Source: Tubulanus polymorphus
Lineage: Eukaryota > Animalia > Nemertea
DNA: 64,000 nt
Assembly: GCF_964204645.1 (NCBI RefSeq)
Contig: NC_134027.1
Location: 3,070,485 to 3,134,484, forward strand
Direction: 5' to 3'
Of the stretch, positions 1-12,449 are shown one piece after another. The position numbers and the translations under genes are program-made. Under the pieces are notes generated by a model. It did not search any database. It was not told the DNA's origin and was given only the letters and a program-made list of their open reading frames with translations. The number at the start of each line of letters is the position of its first letter. Positions within the stretch are counted from its first letter, which is position 1.

Positions 1-268
1 AGGACCTAGATATAAATCATTGTTGGTGAAACACTATCTGCGTTGTAATGACGATATAAAGATTGTTTCAGGAATACTACAGTATTCATGATGACCATAA
101 TATAAAGTTAGAATGTTGGATTAACTGCTTGCTCAAAAATATACATATTAAACTGTATTTTCATCTTGTTGTGTGGGACTTTCACGACTGACTATCACAA
201 TCATCGCAATCATTATTATGACAAAATCTTTTCTTCATTGTTGATTTTTCATTATATTAATTTTTCAG

Positions 269-349
269 AGCACAAAAAGAACGATACCGATGCTGTTTGT
301 GCGTGGAGATGGTGTAATTCTCGTGTCTCCACCCATGAGGAATGTCTAA
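269..349 (+). CDS. LSM3: U6 snRNA-associated Sm-like protein LSm3, last coding exon (gene starts upstream of the window)
   Basis: After the tttttcag acceptor the frame reads [26 protein letters not shown], the Sm2 motif (LFVRGDGV) and C-terminus typical of LSm3. AATAAA at 443-448. Confidence 0.9.
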   Translation, partial: STKRTIPMLFVRGDGVILVSPPMRNV

Positions 350-707
350 TTGGTCGTTATTAGAACCGCATTCAAACCTATATTGTCTTCATCGTATGCT
401 GTAAATATATATTCCATGCATTTTGTAGAACGACACATTTGTAATAAAAAATCAAAGAATATTCATTCCATAGATTCTTTTTTAAGATATTTCTTGGTGG
501 TGTTTAGCCATGGACTCGAAAACGATTTAGAATCCACAGTTTACCTGATAATGTTCAGGGCTGTGGAACTGGATTCCGAACTATGGAACAAGGTTCAGTT
601 AATTCCAACCAACTTCTGAACAACTGGCTCCAAACTGTTAATATTTCACCACTGAGTTGACTGGTTTTATCTTAACTAGAATGACCATATCTTAAATTCT
701 TTACTAA

Positions 708-897
708 GGCTAAAAAATGATCTCATGTTTCTCCTAATCGGGTAATTTTGTCAACTATAATAAAATTTGCAATCGGTTCAATTCCATTATGGTTAGCTTT
801 GATCATGATTTTTAAAAAAAGTAATGGACAGGGTACTTAGACGGCAGGTTGGGTCAACTCGGCAGAAATGAGAAACAAGGCATCAATTTTTTCATCC
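708..897. mobile_element. Decayed PIF/Harbinger-type MITE, same family as 32055-32274, opposite orientation
   Basis: Ends GGCTAAAAAATGATCTCATGTTTCTC ... GAGAAACAAGGCATCAATTTTTTCATCC, flanked by TAA and TAT. Internal AGGGTACTTAGACGGCAGGTTGGGTCAAC resembles the reverse complement of the 32055 copy. Confidence 0.65.
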
Positions 898-1424
898 TAT
901 ATTAGATTATAGAAGGAGAAATCTTATGACCAAAAGCTATTTTTACATCAGTTAAGAAAATGTATTTTTTATTTAATGAATACTTTTTTACAATCATATA
1001 CGTATAGGTTTTAGAATATAACTAAATATCATACGGCTTCATATATATATTTCATTTATTTATATATAATATACAATAATCATTATCAAAACATTTATAC
1101 ACAATATCAAACCTTCACTTTCATTGAGAAATCTGCAACTCTTGTAAGAAGTTCAATTAGAATAAAATAACCCTTTTTAGAATAACTGCAGACGCTTTAT
1201 GGAGACAGTAACTTTAGACAGTGTGACTTACAGTCCACGGAATGTCATATATATATATGCCCATTTATGACTAATAGTCTCTAGACAAATTTTCCGTCCG
1301 TCCGTACTAAGTAATGATGTGTTCCATTTTTACACGCTTGTTTTTGTAAGTTAAATTGAAACTAATAAAACGAATGCATTATTTATATACATGTAGTTCC
1401 ACTTGGTGCAATATCGCCAGTAAC

Positions 1425-1427
<3 letters not shown>

Positions 1428-1455
<28 letters not shown>
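1428..1455. repeat. (TA)n microsatellite in the 3' region of the Ly6 gene
   Basis: Pure TA run seen directly. Confidence 0.9.
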
Positions 1456-1601
1456 CGTGTAGTTTTACATAAACAGTCCATTTCATCAATAGATACAAAT
1501 ATCACTTCCACACGTTTTTAGACCTGTTCACATGTATCACAAGTATTTTGGTAAATTGTCCATTTGCACAATCAGGTAAATGCAAACGGGATAGCTCGCT
1601 G

Positions 1602-4033
1602 CTATTTCCAACCACTCGTGATACAAAGTGTCATCACCAGAGCAACAATGTACATAAACCATTTCGGACGAACGCTGTTTCCATGGTTACATCCGTCCGA
1701 ATGGCACGTTGTCATGTAACCATGGTACAACGTACGCTCGATAATAAATTGTCCGAGCTTCACTTGGCGTTCTGTTATTCGACCAATCGAACAGCGACGC
1801 ACTAACATTTCGAGACCATCGCTTTCTGAAGAAGATAAACATGAAATGTCAAACTCAGCTACTAAATCTAAAGCGACAGTGTATCATTAACATCTACGTT
1901 GCAAACATTTATATACGGCACTTTGACGCGCTGATATTTATATAACATATTTACATAAATTTATTGTTCAAACGCGAGAATAATTTGATTTTGCGTATTC
2001 AAATGAGGCGCGTGTAGAGATTCGTTAAAACGCCATCAATCTTCTTGCTATTCAAAGCATTACATTCAGTGGCTAGCGCGTTTATCGTAGTTTGTAGCAG
2101 AATGCTGTTGAAATTCGGGACGCTAACAATAATTATTCTAGAAAATTTCGTCACTTGTAAATTCAATTAGACACGGAACACACACATCGTTAATCGCGAT
2201 TAGACGAACCTTAATCTCGAATGAATCGAGAACAGAGCGTCGCGATCAATTAGAAATACACCAAACACTGGCTGCTGCTGAATCTTAAAATGATGGATTT
2301 ACCTGTCAATGAATACTGTTTCTAAAATGGTAATTTACGTCTATAGAAACGGGAAATCTCCTTAAACCGTGACATATAGAATTTATTCTATTTCGAGCAT
2401 TTGATTAGAAGTATCACGTCATTGGGTATACAACCGCATTTCACCATCGGAACTGCAGCATTTAAACCTATGCGATAATTCATTCGTAGCGTCATTGGCT
2501 TATCTCGAAAATGTTCATCAGTTTCGAATTTAATTTCTGTTGAAATGCGTTTTAAAATCACTTCAGGCGAATAAAAACTACATAAATCATCTATATATTA
2601 GAGAGTTGGCTGTTGAACTGTCGTCAGTCTCTACTTTTAGCTATTTTGTGCCATTGTAAATGGCGCCATCGATCATCGAAAACAGTAGACAACGCCTAAA
2701 GCACATTCATGCCCTTATTTACACTTTTCATTATTCATAATTCATGGCCGTAAATTTGAATATTGACTAAAATTGAGGTTTACAACCGAATTACGTAACG
2801 ACGATACTGTGTTGTATCTATTTATGATCATAAAGTACCGTTTTATACAGAATAATTTGATAGATCTCTTTTCACAATTATATGAATCTTTTTATGAGTT
2901 TCATCCATCATCATCACGAGAAAATACTATTTGACATATCTGATCAACATGTTTACGGGATTGGTCTCATGACGTAACACGGTGTCCATCCGTATATGTC
3001 ACCTTTGTTATCGCTATCTTTTGACTTATTAAGCGTATGAGACTGATCCAGAAATAGCAAGACAATATCCAGCTTCAGTACAGAACTCACTTCTATATCC
3101 TTTTATTTTGATGCAGTAATAAGCCGGAAATTCTCCGATGTGCCCTTCTCTACCTTGTTTACAATCTTTTACCAATGGAACGTAATAAGGGTTAAATGGA
3201 TCATGGCAATGCGGGTTACTGAAGTTGTACGACGTACATACGAAACATGAGATGGACATGCCTAAAAAGATAATGAAGAATCTTAAAAAGGATTTAATAA
3301 AGTATATGTAAATATATGTAAATATATAAAGAAAGTATATGTAAATATATGAATAACGTAAAAATTTGATTTAAGATAATGCATTCGTCTGGATATTCGT
3401 TTTTATTTTCTAAAGAATATTCGATTCCATTAGTATTTTCGTGTCAGTCACAATACAGATTTCATTCAATCGCAGACATTTACCAAAAAGAATCGTTTAT
3501 ACATCGCATCTGCTCTTGATAAATACGCACATCCGGTTTATTTGCGATTGCTTCAAATCAAATATTGCAGTTGATGAAGTCACTAGTTTACTCAGAATGC
3601 ACGCTGGGACTCATGTTCGATCGGCGTATATGTAGTAATTCTATGTCGAATGATGTATTTTGTTCGTTCGATAAATCAGATTCGCAAATATTGCGTTCAA
3701 GTTGAAGCATGATACGAGGATAGATATAATAAGAAATAGTTGTTTCAGGGCGACATAAAGTAATACAGATCGCATCGATACCACGAGAATAACTTTCTTT
3801 TCATTTTACCATTTCTCATAAATCATCAACATATACGTGTTTTATATGCTGAGAACATTCATATGTATCTTTATATTGGAATTTTGTGATCAATCACTTC
3901 CTTAGAATAGAAAGCTTAATAAATTGAATCATATTTAATACTAACCTGGCATTAATTTAGCTGCGAGCGTCATATTTATGAGTACGATATAGACAAGTAT
4001 TATGATATATCGTGTCAGTTCGGTAAGTCTCAT
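1602..4033 (-). CDS. Ly6/uPAR three-finger protein (Quiver/Sleepless-like), secreted and probably GPI-anchored; coding exons 4033-3946, 3261-3091, 1825-1602
   Basis: GT-AG junctions stay in frame: signal peptide MRLTELTRYIIILVYIVLINMTLAA, then ISCFVCTSYNFSNPHCHDPF...DC...YCIKI...VRRC...TCHSDGCN and a hydrophobic tail (WFMYIVALVMTLCI). Confidence 0.85.
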
Positions 4034-6596
4034 TTTAGAATTCCTGAAATGTAAAAATCGTACGAATATTTGATTATGATATTTATAAAACACTAGTATT
4101 ATAGATACGTGTTGAAATACCCATTAGATACATCTGCTACCGGTTTGAAAATTAAGGAAAGCAAATTTCGTTCGTATAGTTTAATAGTGAATAAATCATC
4201 TGCAGAAGTTAATGGTTTCAATAAACATTTCTCCAGTTGATTCCTTTCCGCGGGAATACAAATATTTACACTACCTATTCTAATATCAGCTATCGAGAAA
4301 GTTTCCAATTTACGACAGAATGAGTATCATGCCTCTATAAACCCGATCGAGTATATGACATTACAGGCACAAATGGTTCCCATCAAACACGTCAGTTTTT
4401 TAAGCCGTAACCCCTCTTAACCCTTACTTAATGCTAGCGTTTTGCAAGATTTCTCCAATCGGCAAACGAAGTGCTCGGTCTTATTATCAGTCAACATTCT
4501 GCTAAAACGCTTCATCCTGCCTAATCTCGCTACTATTCGCCAGCGGTTCCTTGACATTTCGAGCTACAGATTCGCTTTAAACCTTACTAAACAGATCGAA
4601 CCACTGAAATATTGACTTCTTAAAAGACTATGCTCCAGGCCTACACACACAGCATGCAAACGTTCTCAAGATCATACTTAAGCATTATATGATATGATGT
4701 CATTCATTTGAAGGTATTGTTATTCATATAGAAATAAGAATGCCGTCATTTCTCATGATAGAAACTAAATTGTCTTAATTCTTTTATTATTCAGATGAAG
4801 AAGACGAGTATATTTTGGCCGTTGCAGGTGTGTTTACGAATACCTGCCGACAGCATCACCATGGAAACAATTTACCCTCTACATTGACAGTTTCTTAGGC
4901 AGCCGAACAGTGGTTCGCTCATAAACCAAACAGAAAGTATCGTTAATGCAATAACTTCAATTAAAATCGTATTTGTTCATACTTTTGTTTCCGGAATGAA
5001 TAAATATGATATGTAAATTCATTGATTCCACAGACAAGAGCAATTTGGAAATTGAGTTCATCGATATGTTGGATAATTCACTTATATATTATGGATGGTA
5101 TAATGTAATTGAATTGATGAGTTGATAGAATTCTAGATTCTGCTCGTAGCTGTCGGGAATGTGGCTGAATAGTGGTTTTATGAATAAATGTCATCTCCAC
5201 GATTTAATCATTGTAAGGGGCAATCAGTATAACGATAGCAGTCGTTGGCTTCATTAATTCACTCGAACGTCTGACCACTCACAATATTCATATATATAAT
5301 GTCTGATCAATTTCAAATCACGTATATCTTAAAGAAGTTGTGTTGGGATATGACCGACAATGACTTTGCAGTTATGACGCATTAATCTGCATGTGCAAAT
5401 CGTTAGAACTCGTTCGATATTTTGGTAAATCGAGTCACTTTGTTTTTATTACTTTCCATTCTTTCAAGAGACCACGGGCGAGTTGAGTAATTTGACGCGA
5501 TGTTTAGTGATTGGTGAATACTGATTGCTTAGACTACATTACCAGAAAATTGTTCCTGAATTCGCTGCAACGTTGTCGAATCACCTGATAAAGATGCAGG
5601 AACATGTAATACAATATACATCTACGCTTTTATGTAGAGAATGTGCATATCTATACCATCATTTATATAATTTATTCCATGTATAAGCATCAAATACATC
5701 AAGGATCGCGAAGACGTTCGCCGCAGTTTTATACTTGTGATCTTCTAAAACTCAATTAGTATCTCAGCGCAACACAGAAGGCATACAGAGAACACTACCT
5801 TCCCCAATTTATGAGCCTATAAAACAAGCTCAAATGCAGTTAGGGATTTCTTTCCTCGAAGTTAAAGCACCATTAGGCTTTACACCGTCTAACAATGTTA
5901 AATATCTATTTCAAACTTACACCTGGTACCCTATCAAACAGAAGCATATACACGGCGTAGTTTTTAAAGGGTCATTACGTGCAATGTACACTAGTTTTAT
6001 TCCTTGTCGCCAGCCGTATTTCCGTTAATTGATTGCAATTGCTTGTGGAAATTGTATCACGTTTCCTTCAACCTCATTTTCAACTTTAACGCCATCTGAC
6101 AAGGCATTGATCTTCATTGATAGTTTTTTGCGTGTTTTGCTTCCGTTGGTTCGACGTGAATAGAATCTTAAGACAATTACTGTTAGTCCGTCCGTGGAGA
6201 TAAAGCTGTTCATTGATATATGTGCTCTTTAACACCAAAATCCGAGCTTTTCATTATTTTCTCCCTGATTTAATGCGTGGTCCATTAACTCCCAACCGCT
6301 CAACACGCTTTTTTACTAAAGCAACTGGTGACAACAAAATGGATTAGAAATGTATACTGCTGCTACCACGATCGTCATACGTACCTCATTGATTGTACCG
6401 AATATCTTTAAATAACGAATATAGAAAAGCGAAATTTTAATTCAATTCATTTCTTTTTTTCCGTAACGTAGTTCTACATTATTGAATGGAGGTAAACAAT
6501 CAATACAAAAATTCTTTTTGTTAAGATTTGTACATAGAAAAAACATGAATAAATTGATCTTAAGATTGTATCTACGGTACTTGCAGTCTAAGTCAA

Positions 6597-6680
6597 AAGG
6601 TGGCGGATTTTTACCTACTTTGAAGAATTGGGGAATTTTACCGAGAGGATTTTTATCAAGGGGATTTTTACCGCTAACCA
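6597..6680. repeat. End fragment of a DNA-transposon-like element with ~15-bp GGATTTTTACC-type subrepeats
   Basis: Four imperfect GG(G)ATTTTTA(C/T)C units ending GGATTTTTACCGCTAACC. No matching opposite end was found. Confidence 0.4.
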
Positions 6681-6723
6681 GAAATAAGTTTTCAGCAGTG
6701 AGTAACCATTTGATCGTAATACA

Positions 6724-7086
6724 CAATTTCAATTTCAATTTATTCATCATAAATCCAAAGTATAAGATTGTGAATGAAGAAAACAACAATAACAACAAAC
6801 AGACAAAAAACAAAAATGTGTGACACAAAGATGTGCACTAACAGAAAAATAATAAAAGGAGAGAGAAGTAATACAATGTCTAACATATATATATATATAT
6901 ATACAATATTATTTAAGTGATATTTACAAGCCCATGATATATGAATTTCGCAATATTTAAGAAGATTGGTTTATTGGGATTAGTAAAGGCCGAAAGAAAA
7001 GTGTCTAGGTTTAGATTTACAATATCATATTTAGTTCTTAAATTATCCTGCAGTTTACAATAAAAAAGAAAATGGGCGTCTTTTTC
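6724..7086 (-). mobile_element. 5'-truncated non-LTR retrotransposon (CR1/L2-like) 3' remnant
   Basis: The minus strand reads EKDAHFLFYCKLQDNLRTKY...NIAKFIYHGLVNIT*, typical of an ORF2 C-terminus (H-F-L-x-x-C...LR...AKFI). It is followed by a 3' UTR ending AATAAATTGAAATTGAAATTG, a short tandem tail. Confidence 0.6.
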
Positions 7087-10000
7087 ACTAAGATGAGAAT
7101 GTCATCAGCTGGGCCTCGAACTTTCTGTCAAACTACACGTTGTTATTTTGTTAACGTGTCACCATACCGCCCGTCTCTCTGCGGAAATTCTTAGCTTCAA
7201 AAGAATGGACGATTGTAATCAGTCGCTGTCAAGACGACATTTGGAGATTTATCAGTTTATTTCCTGCGTAGTTTACGATACTATTTTCGCTTTCTTCATA
7301 AATATTCACGTATTTTATCGTTCTATACACACGGTGTAGCGTGGTTGTTTTCTTTCCATCACGCTTAGAAAAATACGTCATTATCCCTAATGGAGGGAAG
7401 TTCAAGAGACAAGAGACACAGACGTAATGATTCTCGATTTGATGCGGATGGTATTTTCGGAAGAATGATTATCGGACGTTATCGCTTGACGAGCTATTTC
7501 AATATCTTATCTATTTCTACGATATTAGGAGACAAATACAAACATTAAAATGTATCTCTAAATGTAAATCCCTTTAAAAAAAGAAGAGACAACCGCTCAT
7601 TTAGTCTTTGCCCGAAGTTGTATCGATGCATATTTCAAACATGTCGATGATATCATGTTAGTGCGGTGACCATATTTTGATTTATGGAAATATTTGACAG
7701 AAATCCATTAACTGCATTCAACGTTGCAGTTCTCGTATTTGCATGACAACATGCAATATATCCCTTAAAATCATTAAATTCACGATCTGAAACCGAATGG
7801 GAATGAAGTCTCTATCAACTGTTCAGGGATTGAATGCGAATATTACGAGATTGAAATTCGTCCCTTGACTGTTATAAAAAAAAAATGTTATGGAAAGGAT
7901 ACGATTTCAATAACGCGGCTTTTTGCATAAAATTTAATTTGACACTGGATGTTCAACAGGAAAGACGAAACAACAACGGAGAAGAGATCGATTATCAGCG
8001 ATGAACAATTCAATCTCGCGGAAGGATGTTCGTGTGGTGAGACATGGACTGAATCAATTCTGAATCAATCTAATTTATTGCATATTGAAGCTTGTAGAAG
8101 TTGACACGTTTTAGTAGTATATAGATATCGGAAAATGCACATTCAATCTATATAAATAATGGAGGCATGAGATATTTCCAAGTGATCGTTATTACGTGCG
8201 CAGATGGGTATAGATCGTCTCAATATTAACAGGGCCGACCGAAGCAGTTTGGAATTGATACGACGAGAGTTTAAGTGGAATTTTTTTCATACGTTCGGAG
8301 GCTCTTACCAGCGAGCGCCGAAAGATTTTTAACATTAGATGCTCATAGATGCGTTCTATGGACATTTGAACTATACAATTCCACCTAGGTTGAACGAGAA
8401 TTTCCATTTGATTGGAAATTGAAAATTTGGGTGGAACTGATTTGGGAGATTGGACAAAGGTTGGCAGGTTGAACAAAACAGATGTAAACCGGATAGCCGC
8501 ATATAGCACGATCTTACGAGTAGCCTTTTTACACATTCTTTGATTTGAATATGAAATCTAAAGCATCAGCCGTTCAGCGTCAAATCAATGCGTAGCCACG
8601 TAACCTCATGAACAGCGTTAGTCGTTATCAATACTCGGTCGGTTTGATCGTTGATCTACGTGTGCCTTTAGAAGGCAAACGATGTTCAAGCTGAGAATTT
8701 ATTTAGATCTCAGCGTCGTAAAGCACTCAGATGCTTCACTCAAACAGGGATTTACGTCTACTGCACTTGCGTTTCAGTAACCTCCACATATATCATAAAT
8801 CCTTTTCCGCAGACGAATAAAGTACCTTATACGGGTTACGCGGCGGTGACCGCTGCAATTGTGGAATCGGCAAATGATAATTTGCCGCGCCGCTGAGCGT
8901 AATAAAAACCCATAACTAAATGGTACAGATGTGATTTACTGGTCGCCTGATTATATGTCACAGGTGTACGTATTCGAATGATGAATTATATCACCGGGCA
9001 AAAATAATAACTGGATCACAAAGATGTTTCACGGGTTCTTGCGAAAAAAAACTGGCTTCCAGTTAAGAAAAGAAAGAGGCCACAGGATGACAGTGATCAA
9101 TTAGTTAGACGCCATATCAAACGTGACTGGTTATATTTATATGTCGTGTAAATTTGTTTATCATTTTCATCGATGCCATCATATAATGTATTGCCTATCA
9201 TTCATCGTAGATAGTTTGAAAGGCAATTAGTCTGAATTAGTCAACAATTAGGGAAAACTGTTGAATTGGCTGATCACCGATATCAAGTATATATGAATTG
9301 CTATGAAATGAATACATCGGGACACTTTAGAAGGAATCTGAAATCAGACGAAGAGAATTCATTAAAACTTTGACATATTCAGAGGGTCGATACTTCAAGT
9401 TGGTCGGGAGTTAATATGTATGTCGACTGAGTGATGAAAGATATTAATGAGAGACACGGGAACTTAATGTATCAAGTGTATCGCGCGAGAACCGCTATAA
9501 AATGTGTCAGAATTTCAGAATTGTGTCCGATCCGTCTATAAAACATAACGGATTAATCCGTCATTGTAGACATGATCAATGAAAGTGTCCATAAAATTTG
9601 ATTTATAGGTAAGAAATTGCTCCTCGCTCATAATCAGAATTTACGACCTACGTCCAGGTCTCGTCTGCACACACAAACACAGCCCTGGTCGCTATATCTG
9701 TCTGTCGTGCGGCACGCACGTGATTTAGTCGTGTCGATGACATATGAGACGGGCGAAGAAAAAACATTTATTTCCTAAGGATGAATAATATATTACAAAT
9801 ATGCCGGCTGGCTTCCTAATCGGATTGAACCGATCTGTCACGAGAGGGTCCATCCATTTGTTCATCTGCTGCGAGTTCGGGTTTCATTTTCTTTTTTTCA
9901 TAATAAGCACAGCGCAGCAGCTTTATTTTCGAAATAATCGATAAACTTATCAGGTTTCCATCATCTTTATCGGAGTCGAAGGTTTTAGGAGAAAATCTAC

Positions 10001-12417
10001 AAATGTAAACTACAAAACCGTTACAGAAATGTTTTTAAGGTAATGTGTGAGTCGATGCGCACTACGCCATCAATATAGGCGTTCCAAATAACAAATTCAT
10101 TTATGAATATTTTGTTATTGATTAAATTTCAAGATTCTTATATATTTTCTATTCAATGAATTTCCATGTCTTTTCTATAATGAATGGATGCGTACTACGT
10201 CATCAACATTGAGGATCGGTATAGATCGGTTGTCGGCTGATATATTCAAATTCAAAATGACTTTATTGATCCTTTATGTCATATACTACTCGTATTATAT
10301 TATTCATTGTCGACGATATTAAGCTATGTACGTTATTTTTCAAGGCGTCAATAAACTTTCAAGTTAGTTTTCTTGTGGTATTCGGCAACGTTTGATTGAA
10401 AATTCCTCTAGATTTGATCCACAGTCGAATAGACGTCGTTGACACGTCACGATCGATCACCAAATATCGTTAATCAACAAACATGAAATAACATTTTGAC
10501 GTTCGAAACGACCCCGAATGACATTTATATTTTTCATCAAATCAATCAATTAGTTCTCATCACATTTTTGAGTACATTTCTGTGTAATAAGAAATTGAGC
10601 TAGCGCGATGATGGATAAGTTTGTACGACGCGTCCATTTTGTTACTAAATCTAATTTACCCGCGGGTTCATATCACGTTTAAAAGCACAAGGCGTCGTCA
10701 CATCACATCTGATTCGGAAGGCTGAGATAATGTCGAACATCGTGATCAACAGCATAGCGATATATAATACAACATCGAGCAATCTGCTAGAGTGTTCGAA
10801 GATCCACTACAACCTTATCATGAGAATTTAAGAACACCAATCTAAACTGATACGTCCGTCTCGACTAAATCCAATCACTCTTCACATCTCCATGTATCGC
10901 TTCATGAATGATTATCATACAAACAGTTGGACGGGTAAAAATTCTCATGTGATATTGCTTCTCTGTGGGGTCCAATTGATTTTAATGTGTTGTGATAAAT
11001 ACATGTTTATGCATTGCAGTTGAAATCTGAAAATTACTGAAGTTATGAAACCCCGTTTAGCATTCGTCACAACACGGATATAATGGTCATCGTTTCTGTG
11101 GCGTTTTCAATAACGAGGTAGTATTGATGAATGTCAGAAAAAAATGATCTATTCGAATCGGTATTGGTCTATCATCACAGTATGGAGACTTCGTTGGAAA
11201 AATTATCATGGTGTCGGGGCAGGCAGTATCAATAGCAGTAGCCGTCACTGTTAATGAAACATTTATTGCAACTTTACCGGTGTAGAACCGTTTTTCAGGA
11301 CTCCACGCGGCAACCTCGTCAATATACTGTATAGTTAATAATCTCATGCACAACATATTTGCGCTGTTCTCCTTCACAACCATTTACTGGAGTAGCTAAT
11401 ATAGTTAAGTGCTTGTTTATGGGCCATTATACGAGGAGTGAAGATAAATATTAAGACTCCGACTTGATGGGGGTATTAACATACAAGTGAATATCATATC
11501 ACGTCTTATTGAAACTGTTACGTGCTTAATTTACGATGTAGAAGGTCCCTTAAGGTAAAATGTCTGAGCTTTTGTGATGGGTAAATGATTTTGAGAGCAA
11601 AATACATAGAAGCCACGTCCAAGAAAAAGGATGTATATATTGATTGTGAATGTCTAAGGATCATTTGCAATTCCAATGTAAAAAAAAAAACGGGGAATGA
11701 ATAATACACTAAAGTGAAATCGATTCTTGACACGGGATCCTCATCACGAGAAAGCCAACGCAATCCTCTTGCCTACAGAGTGCACACCGATATCCTCGAC
11801 TTTTATCCACCGTTATTAGAAGGATGATCGTATCGATCTGCTATTAAATGAAGCCAGTTTTCTACGGATATCGAAAATTACTTGCAAAATCTTACTACCG
11901 CAACGAACGTGCTAGTTGACTTTGAAGCAATTGATTCATCATCTTTTCGTCAAGGGTGTATAAACACAGTTCTCGTGAGTTCTGAAGAAGTTTAGATGTG
12001 TGTTTATACACAAATCAAGGCATCTTGTCGTATTGACATCAGTGATTCGGTTCAATTAATTCGCCATACCGATGGGGTAACATTGATTGACCTATCTCAC
12101 CTATACTAGTCTGGGACTCAGTTAATGGTTGTATAAATGATTTCTACGTCACATTGATTGTCACCCGGTGTTCGCCAAAATCATTAGAATCTGATGGGTT
12201 ATATATCCACCGACCTGAAACAGGTTGCGTTATCGTTAACACGAATAGACTGTGATTCCAATTTGTTCATCAATATTGACAGGACATCATCGAGGGCATG
12301 AACTAATAGTGATAAGATAGCGATTAGATGATCCAACTCGTGTTTAGTCGATCAGGAGGCAACGTACTGAATACGAGCCGCGTCTCGATACCCGGAGGCT
12401 TTCATTGACGTCTTCGA

Positions 12418-12448
<31 letters not shown>
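12418..12448. repeat. (AAT)n microsatellite
   Basis: About ten AAT units; this explains the poly-Y in ORF 12344-12544. Confidence 0.9.

Positions 12449-12449
<1 letters not shown>

Noticed and set aside
6442-6828. Overlapping ORFs of 128 aa (-) and 113 aa (+)
   Set aside because: They span a subrepeat fragment and a LINE tail; low complexity and no protein signature.
11087-11383. 98-aa minus-strand ORF
   Set aside because: No recognisable motif or supporting splice structure; the length is compatible with chance.
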